This document shows positions 24,936-36,817 of a DNA stretch of 64,000 nt, piece by piece; the stretch's first letter is position 1, and each line of letters opens with the position of its first letter. Source of the DNA: Octopus vulgaris (taxonomy: Eukaryota); NCBI GenBank assembly GCA_951406725.2, contig OX597821.1, positions 26,536,001-26,600,000 of the forward strand. The letters are read 5' to 3'. The notes beneath the pieces were generated by a model. The model did not search any database and was not told the DNA's origin. It saw only the letters and a list, made by a program, of their open reading frames with translations. A program made the translations under genes and the position numbers.

Positions 24936-25902
24936 AATATATATAGATATATAGTTATACATACCCACAAATACGCATACACACACGCAACACACGCACG
25001 TATATTCCTAGCTGTTGCGGGCACAACGTTTCGATGTTTCGGTTGACATTCTATCACTAACCTGCTTTATGTGTCTTTTATATTCGGATATGTTCTCAAA
25101 TTGGAACCTGAATTCTCTCATGTAATGTACAGTGTAAATTCATTTATTGTAATCGAATAGTGCATGGTCGCTTAAGGCACATAACCGGTAACAAAAGTGA
25201 TCACTGGTAGGCGCGAAACCAATGGTAACTTTTTGACTGGTTATTTTTTACTTTTAATTACGACCGAGTTCCAACCCGGGTCTTTTTGGGACTTCAATAG
25301 CTTAATACTGATATAGGTCGCATACTCCTGCTGTAAATTGCATTTCCTCATTAGCAGAGGCAGGATCTCCTTCGGCGAGGCAGAGATTCTGCGGATCCAA
25401 TGAATCAGTTTTTTGAAGCTTGCATTCGCTGCTTATTAACCTCTGGCAAGTCAAGGCTGAGATCTTTTATCATTAAGGTTTACTCCTCTAGGTATATTTT
25501 GTCCAGAACTGTTTATTTTTATATTCACATCTAAACTTCATATCTGAAGGTCTTGCACCTACCCGCCATTTGGGGACCCGGTGAATGGAAGTTTTCTTTC
25601 TATACCGGGGATATTGACAACTGCTTTAAGGGGCCTCACTGCGAAGTTTCTGTAGGGGTTTATTCTCTTATCTTTTCATACACTCCCGTGTGTATAAGCA
25701 TAGAAGAAAATGGAATATATGACAATATAAAAATGATATAAAAAGAATATGAAAATAAAGATATACAAAGAAATATAAAAATTTAACAATAATAAGGCGC
25801 TTAAAAATGTACTATACACACACACACACACTCACATACGCAAACAAGCAAACACATACACACATACACACAAACATTCCAGACATATCTCAGGTCTCAC
25901 TG

Positions 25903-25970
25903 GAGCGCTACTGGAAATATGTAATCCAGTACAACCTGTCACGTGGTCGGGGCGTCGGCGACTAAACAGG
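25903..25970 (+). ncRNA. Decayed HDV-like ribozyme candidate
   Basis: GAGCGCT..CCAGT-ACAACC-TGTCACGT-GGTCGG-GGCGTC-GG-CGA-CTAA-ACAGG fits the P1/P2/P3/L3/P1.1/J4-2 order, with mismatches. Confidence 0.4.
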
Positions 25971-26630
25971 CAACCTCACCAAGTTGTGTAACTAGACTCC
26001 ACAACAATATCTTAGCATGCTTTTAATCTTTCATCAGGAAAATATGTATATCCGAATATGTTGATACTCACTCCGCCAAATCTTCTGTAACAATAATAAT
26101 AATAATAATAATGATATTTTTTTGATGTATTCTTTTTTCGTACTGAGGAGAACAGTAATATTTAATTAATTTAATTTTAATTAAATTAATTTCTAACCTT
26201 TCTACCGTGTTATTTACCTGTTAATATTGCTGTTTGAATCGATCGCGTGCATGGATTAAATTATTTTCAAACTTATAACATATTTTCTTTTCCATCTTTA
26301 GCAAATCATGTAGTAGTGCTCTTTGAACTTAAAATTCGAAGTTATTATCGACTAGGCCGACGGGGCAAGGAGTGGCTATAAGAGAAATTTAGGTGGGCTT
26401 ATTTGGGGATAATGATGCAAAATATAGGATTAGGCTTGTTATGTCTTGGTCTTATTTTCCGTATGTTGTGTTCTTTGTACTCAGCTTACTGCGTTTTCGT
26501 CTACTTTTTCTCCTCGTTGTGTTCTTTCTGTTCAACCCTTGAGTTAAAAATATACATACATATATACTTACATGCATGCATACAAAGGTACATACATACA
26601 TACGTACATACATACATATATACAGACATA

Positions 26631-27107
26631 CAGCAGATGTTAACTTAAAACTGAAGATCAGTGAAAAAGAGAATACCTACGCTGAACCATTGAGGAATCT
26701 GCAGTTACTCTATTCAGATTACAAGTTCAGGTTTATACCTGTAATTATTGGGACACTGGAATGTGTAACACACTACCTAAATACCAATCTTGAGAAATTA
26801 GGCTTCTCAAAAACCAGAAAGGAGAAAGCTGATTTGAAGATTACAGTTCCAATCGATCACTGGAACTATAAAAATCTGTAAAACTTTCCAGAGGTTTATC
26901 ATTTAAATACATAAGTGCATGTTTAGATAGGCAAATATATGCGTGAGAAGACATACATAAAACAAAACATACAAATTTGCACATATACATGCATACAAAA
27001 ATACCCTGTTGTTGATGTTGGAATTCCAATGAAGGAGTTTTGGTTCTAGGTTAGAAATCAGCTCTTTCTCTATTGGCAAGAAATCATGAAATAAAACTGA
27101 ATAATGA
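26631..27107 (+). mobile_element. 3' fragment of REL-type (R4-like) non-LTR element flanked by (CATA)n
   Basis: ADVNLKLKISEKENTY..FIPVIIGTL. Second copy at 34445-34797 (-). Confidence 0.7.
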
Positions 27108-27299
27108 CATACATACTGATTTATATAAGAATATATATATATAAAACCTAGATAAAACTTAGATATGTTTCGACCAAAGATTGGTCCAAGCCATGTCTAA
27201 CTTATTAGCACTACCTAATAGGATTATCTAGATCCTTTTTATGTCAAGTATTGTGGTATCATGTTCCATTCGAGTAGGGAGTTCTTGTTGGGCGAGTTG

Positions 27300-28020
27300 T
27301 ATCCAGGTATAGGTGGCTTATCTGGTATTCCTTGAAGAAATTTGTCCAGATTCCGTTTAAAGGTGATGGGATCCTTTTACTTTTTGATCTGTTTTGGGAA
27401 AATGTTAAATAGAGCAGGGCCTGGTGAAGAAAAGAAATTGTGTTGCAGTGTATTTATGTGTTGTGATCCTGAATTGGTAGGGGTCGTATGGCTCGTGGTC
27501 CTAGCTTGGGATGAATTTTGAAGCTAATGTTCAGGTCGTTTGGGCAATACTGGAGGTATATTCTCCACATCGTGCAAATGATATATCGCTCGCGGCTGCA
27601 CTAGAGTGAGTAGTGTTTCAATGCTTGAAGGCGGTCTCAATAATCGAGATCAGTCATGCCCTTAATTCGTTTAGTTAATGCCCTCTTGGGTAATACAATT
27701 TTCGAGGTGTTTTGTTTTGTATGGGGAGCCCACAGGGAGAAGCAGTATTCGAGGTGTGGTCGTACAAAGGAGGAGAAAAGTGGAACGATGACACCTTGTT
27801 CTCTGGACCGGAAGTTTCTTAGGTTCCAGGAGCTCTTCCTACGAGCTACATCGACCTTATTGTTGATGAAGGCACTCTAACTGAGATTATCAACAGTTAC
27901 TCCTAGGTCTCTGATATTATTAGATACTGTGAGACGTTTCCCTAAAAGAAGAGAGTATGGTTGTTTTAGCATAGTCTTTTTTCCAAAATGCACCAGCTCA
28001 AATTTTACCTCGTAAACTGA
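27300..28020 (-). mobile_element. CR1-group LINE RT 3' fragment
   Basis: LFSSFVRPHLEYCFSLWAP..LTKRIKGMTDLDY*DRLQAL, and RDLGV upstream. Confidence 0.8.
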
Positions 28021-28024
28021 ACCA

Positions 28025-28590
28025 CAAAAGAAACGTCTCACTCATGCTAAATAGAAAGCGGTTTATTAACTGACTGCTATAGCATTGATTTAATAGTGCT
28101 GATTAAGAAACTGTTCTTTCCTAATCATAAAACCTCATTTCCCGAGACATGTTTAACGTCACGTGGTGCCACGGCATGACGGAGTGTCCTATATCCAACG
28201 AGCTGAACTCAATATCTCCTGTGAACACCGTTAGCGTTGATTATCGCCAGGCATCTGTACATTGAATGCACCGAACGATTGTTGGAAGCCATGGAGATAA
28301 CAGCCCACTCTATTTTGAAAAAATTCTTTGTGTTGTGCTGCAGTTGTCGGACTTGGATGGATGTCATTTAGCCCTTTATTTGTCCCACAGGTGCTCTATG
28401 GGGTTCAAGTTCGGACTTAGGGCAGGCCATGGCAGTGTCTGGATATTGTGATGTTGGAGGAAGTCTGTTGTCAACCTGGCAATATGGGCACGGGTGTTGT
28501 AATGCTGGAACACGTAATTCCAATGACGGGCAAAGTATGACACAATGTGAGGCCTTAACACTTGGATGATATAGCGAGCAGCGGTTAGTC
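28025..28590 (-). mobile_element. Tc1-like transposase 3' fragment
   Basis: FQHYNTRAH..WPALSPNLNPIEHLWD. Confidence 0.85.
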
Positions 28591-28689
28591 TATGATGCTC
28601 TGTATCCCCACGAGTCTCTCCACTACACAACCATCGGCATGACGCTCACCCATTCTCCAAACCCTAGCTCTGCTATCTACCACAGAAAT

Positions 28690-30370
28690 GCAATATCGAC
28701 TTTTGTTGTTCACAGAATTAACTCCCTAACCCGATTCCGGTACTCCTCATGAAACAAAAGAGACTTGTTGAGTATCCAGTAGCCGGATTCCTGTCTATGT
28801 ATCCTATCTAAATCAAGCTTACAGGTGACAAATTTGGGATCACTGTAGCTGATATAGTGGAATTGTCGACGACTGACTAGGTTTTTATCTAATTCCCTAA
28901 TTAGAATTCTATCTCTGGCCGGCCCATCGCTTTTCATCCATGCCCACAATTGAGCGTTTGGGTTCTCAAGTATATACCTTTCTGCTAGCTGAAAACGGCT
29001 AAGCAGATTTAAGAAACATTGATCACCCCTTCTAACATTACAGCCAAGGTAATCCACGCGTGCATCGCAGATTGCGTTAAAGTCCTCTAACATAACTATA
29101 GAATGAGATGAAACAAGAAATTTCTCAATACTTCGAAAAACATCGGCTTTACCTGCACCCTTCGCAGGGGCGTAAACACCAATCAACCTGAAAGACTTAC
29201 CGCTGTGCGTCACATCCGCGACGACCAGCCTGCTCTCCGGGTCGATAAAAATTGTTTTTACTTCATTGCCCAGGTTTTTACTTGAACACACAGTGACAAC
29301 TCCCCCCTTCAGGTGGGCATGGAGAAATAATTTTCTCGTACCCATTTAGGACTGGAGAGAAATCCCTCTAACTGCTCAGCCTGGATTCTGTAGCAGCTAT
29401 AACATCCAAGCGATGCGACCTGAGGTCATGTAGTAAACAGGCTTGTTTCCAAATCGACTTCAGGCCGCGTACATTTATGCATCCAACATTAAGAGTGTCC
29501 ATAGAAAGAATTATATAATCACTTCCTCCTGTTCTTCCTGTTCTTTATCCGGGGCTTGCGGGGTAATGCCCATGAGACCTTCATATATTTGTAAGGAAAA
29601 TCCTTCCTCAAGGGCCCCCATATCTTTATCATATTTCTTTTTACATAATTGTCTCTAGTAATTGCAAATATAAATGTTTCATTTGGTGTCCTTATTTTCA
29701 AATTTTTGTGTTATGTCATGCTTATCTTCCGTATCTCGCCGTGTAGTTTATATCTGCGTGGGGTGGGTGGGACTTGGACTGAGCATTTGTTTCTGGTTCT
29801 GAATGTAATATTTTTTTGCTGTAGGGCTGTTGGGGAGGGACAGGTTTTTTCTTTTACTCCTCTTCTTTTTTCCAACTTTTTCCCACCCCATTCTTGTTCA
29901 GCGTCCTTCTCGCTCTCTGTCTCAGATTCTGGTCTTTCGTTTCTTCATCCTTTGTGCTTACCGTTTCTTTTCAGGTGGAATTTCCTTTTCTGGGGGAGGT
30001 TTACACTCCGATCTTATGTGAACTTTTTGGCCACATTTGAAGCATCGGGGCTATCTCCCCTCGACTATCAATGGAAGTCTTACTTCCCCAACCTAAATTA
30101 TATCGATGATGTTTTCTAAATCTGCAGGGGCAACCTGAATCAATTATTCCAGTCTCTGCCCCTGCCAATGTGATTCGGTAGCTTGTGCCTGGAGGATTGT
30201 AATTTTATCCTCCACGTCTGTAGTGATTGCCGCTACGAGCCAATCAGGGTCCATCTCTGGTGGTTTATCTGCCACCCAGATCTTGGAAGTACGTCTTCCG
30301 AGATACGTGGGCAGGAGAATGACTTCTGCCGTTTTTAACAGACTGTGGACTCCTGCTTTGCTTTCTCTGA
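28690..30370 (-). mobile_element. Tx1/L1-clade element 5' half (ORF1 zinc knuckle + APE)
   Basis: PRCFKCGQKVHIRSEC at 30003-30050, and APE ORF 28710-29345 (FRLIGVYAP, LEDFNAI, SDPKFV, GYWILN). Confidence 0.85.
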
Positions 30371-30371
30371 T

Positions 30372-31042
30372 CGAAATTGCCCCATCTGATTATCATATAT
30401 TCCGCAGTCTTCAAAATCATTAGGACAGAAAAAATATGAATTCTGTAGACGAGGTCAGAACAGTACTAGAGAAGTAATTTTCGTCACGGCTAAGTGAATT
30501 TTGGAAGAGGAGTCTTGCAAGTCTACCAGATAGATGGAAGAGCATTATTGAAAAGGAAAGGGAATATATAATAAATCTCTGAACGAGGTATAGACAGTAA
30601 CTGCACGACAATGTGAAGTGTATTTGCCATCTAAATATGGCTAACCACTAAGGGTGGATGTTACTGTAACTTGTAGCCACAGGAGAACATCTTTTCCAGC
30701 TGGCTATTGACACACTTTCTGTGCCCTATCGGTATTTGTAAAGGGAGGTCATCCTTCCCTCGTCAACCTATGTGATACGCACGGACTGCAGTTTCTGGGT
30801 ATTGACCTGTCATCAGCGCACGACAATTACCAGTTTTCGATGGAAGGGTCCCAATGCAAATATATATATCCTTTTTCCAGTGACTTTTCGTCACTGATCT
30901 TGAAAAAGTGTAAGAGAGTATATTTTAGATCAAAAAAGATATTCGTTTATCTTAATTTTAGATCAAAAAAGAAATTCGTTGATCTTAATTTTGAAAACTA
31001 AAAGGAGTATAAAAAACCGCAATATTTATGGGATGGTATATA
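30372..31042 (+). mobile_element. Mariner 3' fragment interrupted by a ~300-bp insertion
   Basis: IAPSDYHIFRSLQNH..FWKRSLASLPDRWKSII, and TIR-like aaaaccgcaatatttatgggatg at about 31020. Confidence 0.75.
30779..30821 (-). ncRNA. Type I hammerhead ribozyme motif
   Basis: GTGCG-CTGATGA-CAGGTCAATACCCA-GAAA-CTGCAG-TC-CGTGC. Palindromic stem III, weakened stem II. Confidence 0.7.
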
Positions 31043-31666
31043 TGAATTCATAGAGATTATTGCTAATAAGAATATGGAGTAACATCCCAAAGATAAACTG
31101 ATGTAATGGGATATTTATATCTATTAATGCCCACACACATACATACACATACAAGCCCACATACACACACATATCCACATGACCATTTAGGTTGTAGGAT
31201 TGACTCTGACCCCACCCCACTACATATAGGGATTTGGGGATTAGGTTTCGGTCAAGAAGTAACTAATATTAGCATAGCATTTAGGCTTCACCCAATTTTA
31301 TTTCATTAATATACTCATGTATTAAACTTCCCCTAATGGGTTTAATCTAAGTTATTTTTGCCAACTCCTTTTATAATACTATATCTACTAAATAGCAGCT
31401 AGCATCTAACCTCTAACCACTGTAACATGGACCAAACCATTAAACCCAACACATAACATACTACCCTCGCTATTTCCCCCAGTATAATGGAAACACGATG
31501 TGAATCGCAGCCTGCGGAAATTCCTCCTGATTGTGACTTCATTCACCTACTTACTTGAAGTTCTTATCTTACCTTTCCTTACTATGTCTAACACATTATT
31601 TAATTTTATGTTACCCTACTTTGTTTTTAACTGACTTCCACACATGTTAGTTCCCTAACATCTGGA

Positions 31667-31796
31667 CCCTCTGAAGAAGCCTAAGGGCACATCCATAATC
31701 CAAACCATGTCCATTATCTGTTCATTCCTGTATATCACTGACGGGATGAAAATAACTTGGAAGTTTTTGTTGCCTCATGGTAGAAACGGCCGTAAG
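31667..31796 (+). ncRNA. Type I hammerhead motif with ~105-nt stem II region
   Basis: CT-CTGAAGA-AGCCTAAGGGCA...TGCCTCATGGTA-GAAA-CGGCCG-TA-AG. Confidence 0.55.
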
Positions 31797-31856
31797 TAAT
31801 TAGTACCTGTACACTCATCTATTATTATCCATTTTCTCTCTCTCTCTCTCTCCCCC

Positions 31857-31914
<58 letters not shown>

Positions 31915-32051
31915 TTATGCAGTTATTGACAGATTTCATTCATTAATTTGTATCACTCACACATATGTTTATAATTATTTAATAAATAGATATAATTGAA
32001 TGTTTACTGGCTGATGCTTATCGATTGTATATGTCTCCATTTTCTTATTTG

Positions 32052-32198
<147 letters not shown>

Positions 32199-32329
32199 AG
32201 GAGAGAGAGAAAGAGAGGGAGAGAGAGAGAGAGAGAGTTTATAGAATATGAAATAGAATATTTTTCAGATAAATATTTTTAGTTAGAGACATTAAATGAT
32301 TATTTTGTAGGCCTTCATTGAGAAAGCTG

Positions 32330-32578
32330 ATCGCCCTTTTAAAGCCTAGCAAGGCGCATGGGCCCAGTTTCCCGGTTTCAATGGCGTATGTGTTCCCCTG
32401 CTGGGCGAGACGCCAGTCCATCACAGAGTTACTCATTTTTGCCAGCTGAGTGGACTGGAGCAACGTGAAATGAAGTGTTATGCTCAAGAACACAACGCGT
32501 CGCCCGGTGCAGGAATCGAAACCATAATCTTACGATCATGATGCTGACTGCCTAACCACTAAGCCACGCACCTCCACA
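32330..32578 (-). mobile_element. tRNA-derived SINE
   Basis: Minus strand TGTGGAGGTGCGTGGCTTAGTGGTTAGG..GGTTTCGATTCC (A/B boxes). Confidence 0.7.
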
Positions 32579-33017
32579 ATTTCAACAATTTACCAATTAA
32601 AAACCATCTGCTATTATGTATTTTGTTTTCTGAAAATGAAAATAGAAATAAAGTTTTTAGAAATAGGTTTCTAATTCTTACATTGACACTTTGTATACAA
32701 ATTGAATATATTAGCTCTTTAAATATTCAATTTATATTTAAAAAAAATACCATTTACCGTTAGCAAAGCAACGGTTATCGTATTGTTATCATTGAATATG
32801 TTTGTGTAAGCTAAATTAGCGTCCAGCTGTCGCCCTTCAACTGTACATTACAGATGCAGATACCTAAATAGTATTCATTGATGGAGAGATACATCGACGA
32901 CGCGATCAAAATAACCCATTTTTACACAAAATATAATGATATTAGGGTTATTAACCCTCTTTGGACAATCAAACGCATTATATAATCGAAATATAAACTC
33001 GTATAATCAAATATATC

Positions 33018-33362
33018 CCCGTGATCACCGTGACCGACCAGGCTATCAGATGTTGTTTCATATCGCTGGTCACAATGCGCTTCGCATTGTTTTAGCCTTC
33101 AAATGACGCCACCCCGCTAACTAAACGAGCAGGCCTACCGACGCCACCCCGCTGACTAAACGAGCAGGCCAACCGAAGAAAGAGTGAGAGAAAGTTGTGG
33201 CGAAAGAGTACAGCAGGGATCGCCCCCCCCCCTGCCACAGCCTCGTGGAGCTTTAGGTGTTTTCGCTCAATAAACACTCACAACGCCCGGTCTGAGAATT
33301 GAAACCGTGATCCTACAACTGCGAGTCCACTGCACTAACCACTGGGCCATTGTGCCTCCACA
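33018..33362 (-). mobile_element. tRNA-derived SINE (family 3)
   Basis: A/B boxes on the minus strand. Related copies at 35780-36082 and 6672-6790. Confidence 0.8.
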
Positions 33363-34444
33363 TAATCAAATATATACAGAGGTAAAATTAGTAACTAAAA
33401 GAATGTGAGCGTAAAAAAAAAGTAACTCGGTGGAAAACGTTTCCATTCTATTCATTTAACAAAGACTAGTTTTGTAAAACGGATTGTGGTCAATTCATTC
33501 TGCACAAACATATTAGTACTTGTTATTTATCGGCTTCTATAGCTTAATAGTGGATTTAGAGCGCAGGGGGGTGGGTGGAGTTACTCAGTATCTTACTCAC
33601 ACTATTTCGTCTGTCTTTACTTTCTGAGTTCAAATTCCACCGAGGTCAACTTTGCCTTTCATCCTTTCGGGGTCGATAAATTAAGTACCAGTTGCGTACT
33701 GGGGTCCATTTAATCGACTGGCCCCCTCCACCAAAATCTCGGGCCATGTGCCTAGAGTAGAAAAGAACATCTTACTCATACATTCACTCAAAATAGTTGT
33801 CATCTGAAAGTTGCTGTTTAAGAATGAAGTGAAACAGTATCATATGTTCTAGTTTAACTTTTCGCTTATTTGCAGTTTCCGTTTTTGATTTCATAGTGTC
33901 CTTGTTTTGATATGTTTTGAGTATAAGGACATGCGGTGGGGTAAACTGAAATTAGGCTAAATAAATAAGAAATAAAAACTATATAAATGTCTTGAATATC
34001 AGGTTCACACTCACACATGACTACCAAAATATTTAACCAGATTATTTAGTGGCTGATAGAGTAAAACAAAACACTATGGCTTTGATATATATATATATAT
34101 AACTTGCATAGCCATCACTCACAAGCGAATATGGCATGATAGCACGTACTACGTATTCGCTTATTCTTTCAGGCTAAAAGACACAGACTCTATCTCGGAA
34201 ATATTCGCTGGAACACTTGTGATGACAGATGTTGGGCAAGAAGATTGTAACAGCAGGCGACTGGTACCCATTCTCTGCTAAGTAGATTGCAACGTCGAGA
34301 AATAATGCCCCTTGCTCTGAGCAGTAAAAAGCATCACCCAGTCCAGGAATCAAACCTACGATTCAATAACCGTGACCCTAGGACCCTAACCACTCGGCCA
34401 TGTGTCTTTATACGTGAGTATGTGAATATGTTTATGTATATATA

Positions 34445-34797
34445 AGTCATTGTTCAGTTTTATTTCAAGATTTCTTGCCAATAGAGAAAGAGCCAGTTTC
34501 TAACCTAGATCCAGGGCTCCTTTATTGGAATTTCAACATCAACAACAGAGCATGTATGTATGTATGTATGTATGTATGTATGTATGTATGTATGTATGTA
34601 TGCATGCATGCATATATGCATATGTGCAGATTTGTATGTTTTGCTTATGTATGTATTCTCATGCATATAGTTTCATATCTTGACATGCTCATATATATTT
34701 AAATGATAAACTTCTGGAGAGTTTTACAGATTTGCACAGTTCCCAGTAATGGACTGGATTTGTAGCCTTCCAATTACCTTTCTCCTTTCTGATTTCG
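34445..34797 (-). mobile_element. Second copy of the (CATA)n-associated REL element 3' end
   Basis: Reverse complement of about 26800-27107, abutting (TATG)n at 34798-34832. Confidence 0.7.
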
Positions 34798-35268
34798 CAT
34801 GTATGTATGTATGTATGTATGTATGTATGTACAAGCGTGATTGTGTGGTAAGAGGTTTACTTCTTAATCACGTGATGCCGAGTACAGTCCCCCTACGTGG
34901 CATTTTGTGCAAGTGCCTTGTACTATAATCCCGGGCCAGCCAAATCTTCGTGGGTGTGATTGCTAAACGGAAACTGAAAGAAGCCCATTCTATATATACA
35001 AATATATTTATGAATCCGTATGTGCGCAGGCGTATATCTATGTGTGTGTCTTTGTGTTTATGCTTGTCCTCCACCAAAGTGTCTTCCATTCTGACAACCG
35101 GTGTTGTTTTGTTTACGTCTCCGTAACTTTTCTGCAAAAGTGACCGATAGAATAAGAACGACACTTTAAGAGAAAAAGTCAATTTGTTCGGTTAAACCAT
35201 TCGAGAAGGTGTCCCAGTATGACGGATTCTAATGGCTGAAGCAGGTAAAATATTTTACACACACACAC

Positions 35269-35325
<57 letters not shown>

Positions 35326-35779
35326 CACAAACAAACACACACACACATGCATCGTAGAGCATAAACACTTAACAAACCTGTAGAAGATTGTATTAATCAC
35401 CGTCGAGGTGACATTAATAATTCATGTGTGTAAAATTTATTGGCGCTTAGTATCTTTATGTAGGAACCATAGATGTTTATCGTAGCATGTCAAATTTATT
35501 TATTTAGTAAAAGAAAATGAAAATGAAAACATTGTTAAATGTTACTCTGCAGTTATGTTTTTTATGGCTCGAATATATAAATATCTATGAACTTGTCCTC
35601 AGAATGGAAATCTGGCCTGAATGCCTGCAATAGGGTTAACTCCCAAGGGCTATTCGGTGATATTAAACCCGGCAATTGATTTAATCTATTTCACTACAGG
35701 AACGGTCACCATAAGAGACTGTATAATTTTCATTGACCAACTTTCATTTTCAGGAGTCTGGTTTATCTAAATATATTGT

Positions 35780-36082
35780 TTGTTCCCTCTCAAGCCATGC
35801 CTGGCTCATAAGGGCCGGTTTCCCCCGTTTACTTCTCGTATAGGTTCCTCACCTGGACGGGACGCCGGTCCGTCGCAGGTGAGCTGCAAGATGCAGGAAG
35901 AAAGAGTGAGAGAAAGTTGTGGCGAAAGAGTCAGCAGAAGTTCGCCATTACCTTCTGCCGGAGCCGCGTGGAGCTTAGGTGTTTCGCTCATAAACACACA
36001 CATAGCCCGGTCTGAGATCCGAACCCGCGATCCATCGACCGTGAGTCCGCTGCTCTAACCACTAGGCCATGTGCCTCCACAT
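35780..36082 (-). mobile_element. tRNA-derived SINE (family 3 head) with target-site duplication
   Basis: atctaaatata is present on both sides (about 35765 and 36081). Confidence 0.8.
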
Positions 36083-36387
36083 CTAAATATATAGTAGAAT
36101 ATATATTTACTCAAGATGCAATGCGTGAGACTGAACTTGGGGCCACGTATCTGCAAAGTGAACTTCTCAACCACATTAAAAACTGAGTATTGGTGCTTTC
36201 CGTTTTAAACATTATATTTGGAGACACCACGAATAACTAAGCTGATAGGATGTGAGTTCACGAGTTGGTAAATGCATGGAATAATGTCCAAGAAACAGAT
36301 GACTAAGGAACTGAAGTCCCTTTCCCTTTCGTTTTAAGAAATAACTCGAGTAGTTAATCGCATCTGCAAGGACCAATAGAATTGTGG

Positions 36388-36817
36388 GGATCTTTTCGGT
36401 TCGAACGGCAGTTTTTAACATAATTTCTAGGTAACTAAAACATTTTAAACTTCGTATACTGGTAGAATGTGTTTATAAAACATCTTTGTCTCTTGGCTTT
36501 ATTGAGAAAGTTCTATAGTTTGTAAGATATTTGTTGTTTTTTCTTCAATTTCTGCAATTTCAACCAATCATTGACGTCCATTGAGGTAAAAAGCATTCTG
36601 TGCCATATGAATATATCTCTCATTCAAGAAACAGATTGGGTTTATTTACATTTGCGAAGAAAAAAAGATACCCTTCCCCCACCCCTAACCCTAACCCTAA
36701 CTAACCCTAACCTTAAAACATATTGAAATGCAATAGATCGATACTAGGGTCATAATTATGGGTGACAATTTCATATGACACCGCTAGAAAAAACTGCCGT
36801 TCAAACCGAAAAGATCC
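36388..36817. mobile_element. MITE with ~30-bp TIRs, 9-bp TSD and internal (CCCTAA)n
   Basis: GGATCTTTTCGGTTCGAACGGCAGTTTTT ... AAAAACTGCCGTTCAAACCGAAAAGATCC, with GAATTGTGG duplicated on both sides. Confidence 0.9.

Noticed and set aside
36683-36712. Telomere or chromosome-fusion scar
   Set aside because: The CCCTAA units are short, imperfect and inside a two-copy MITE.
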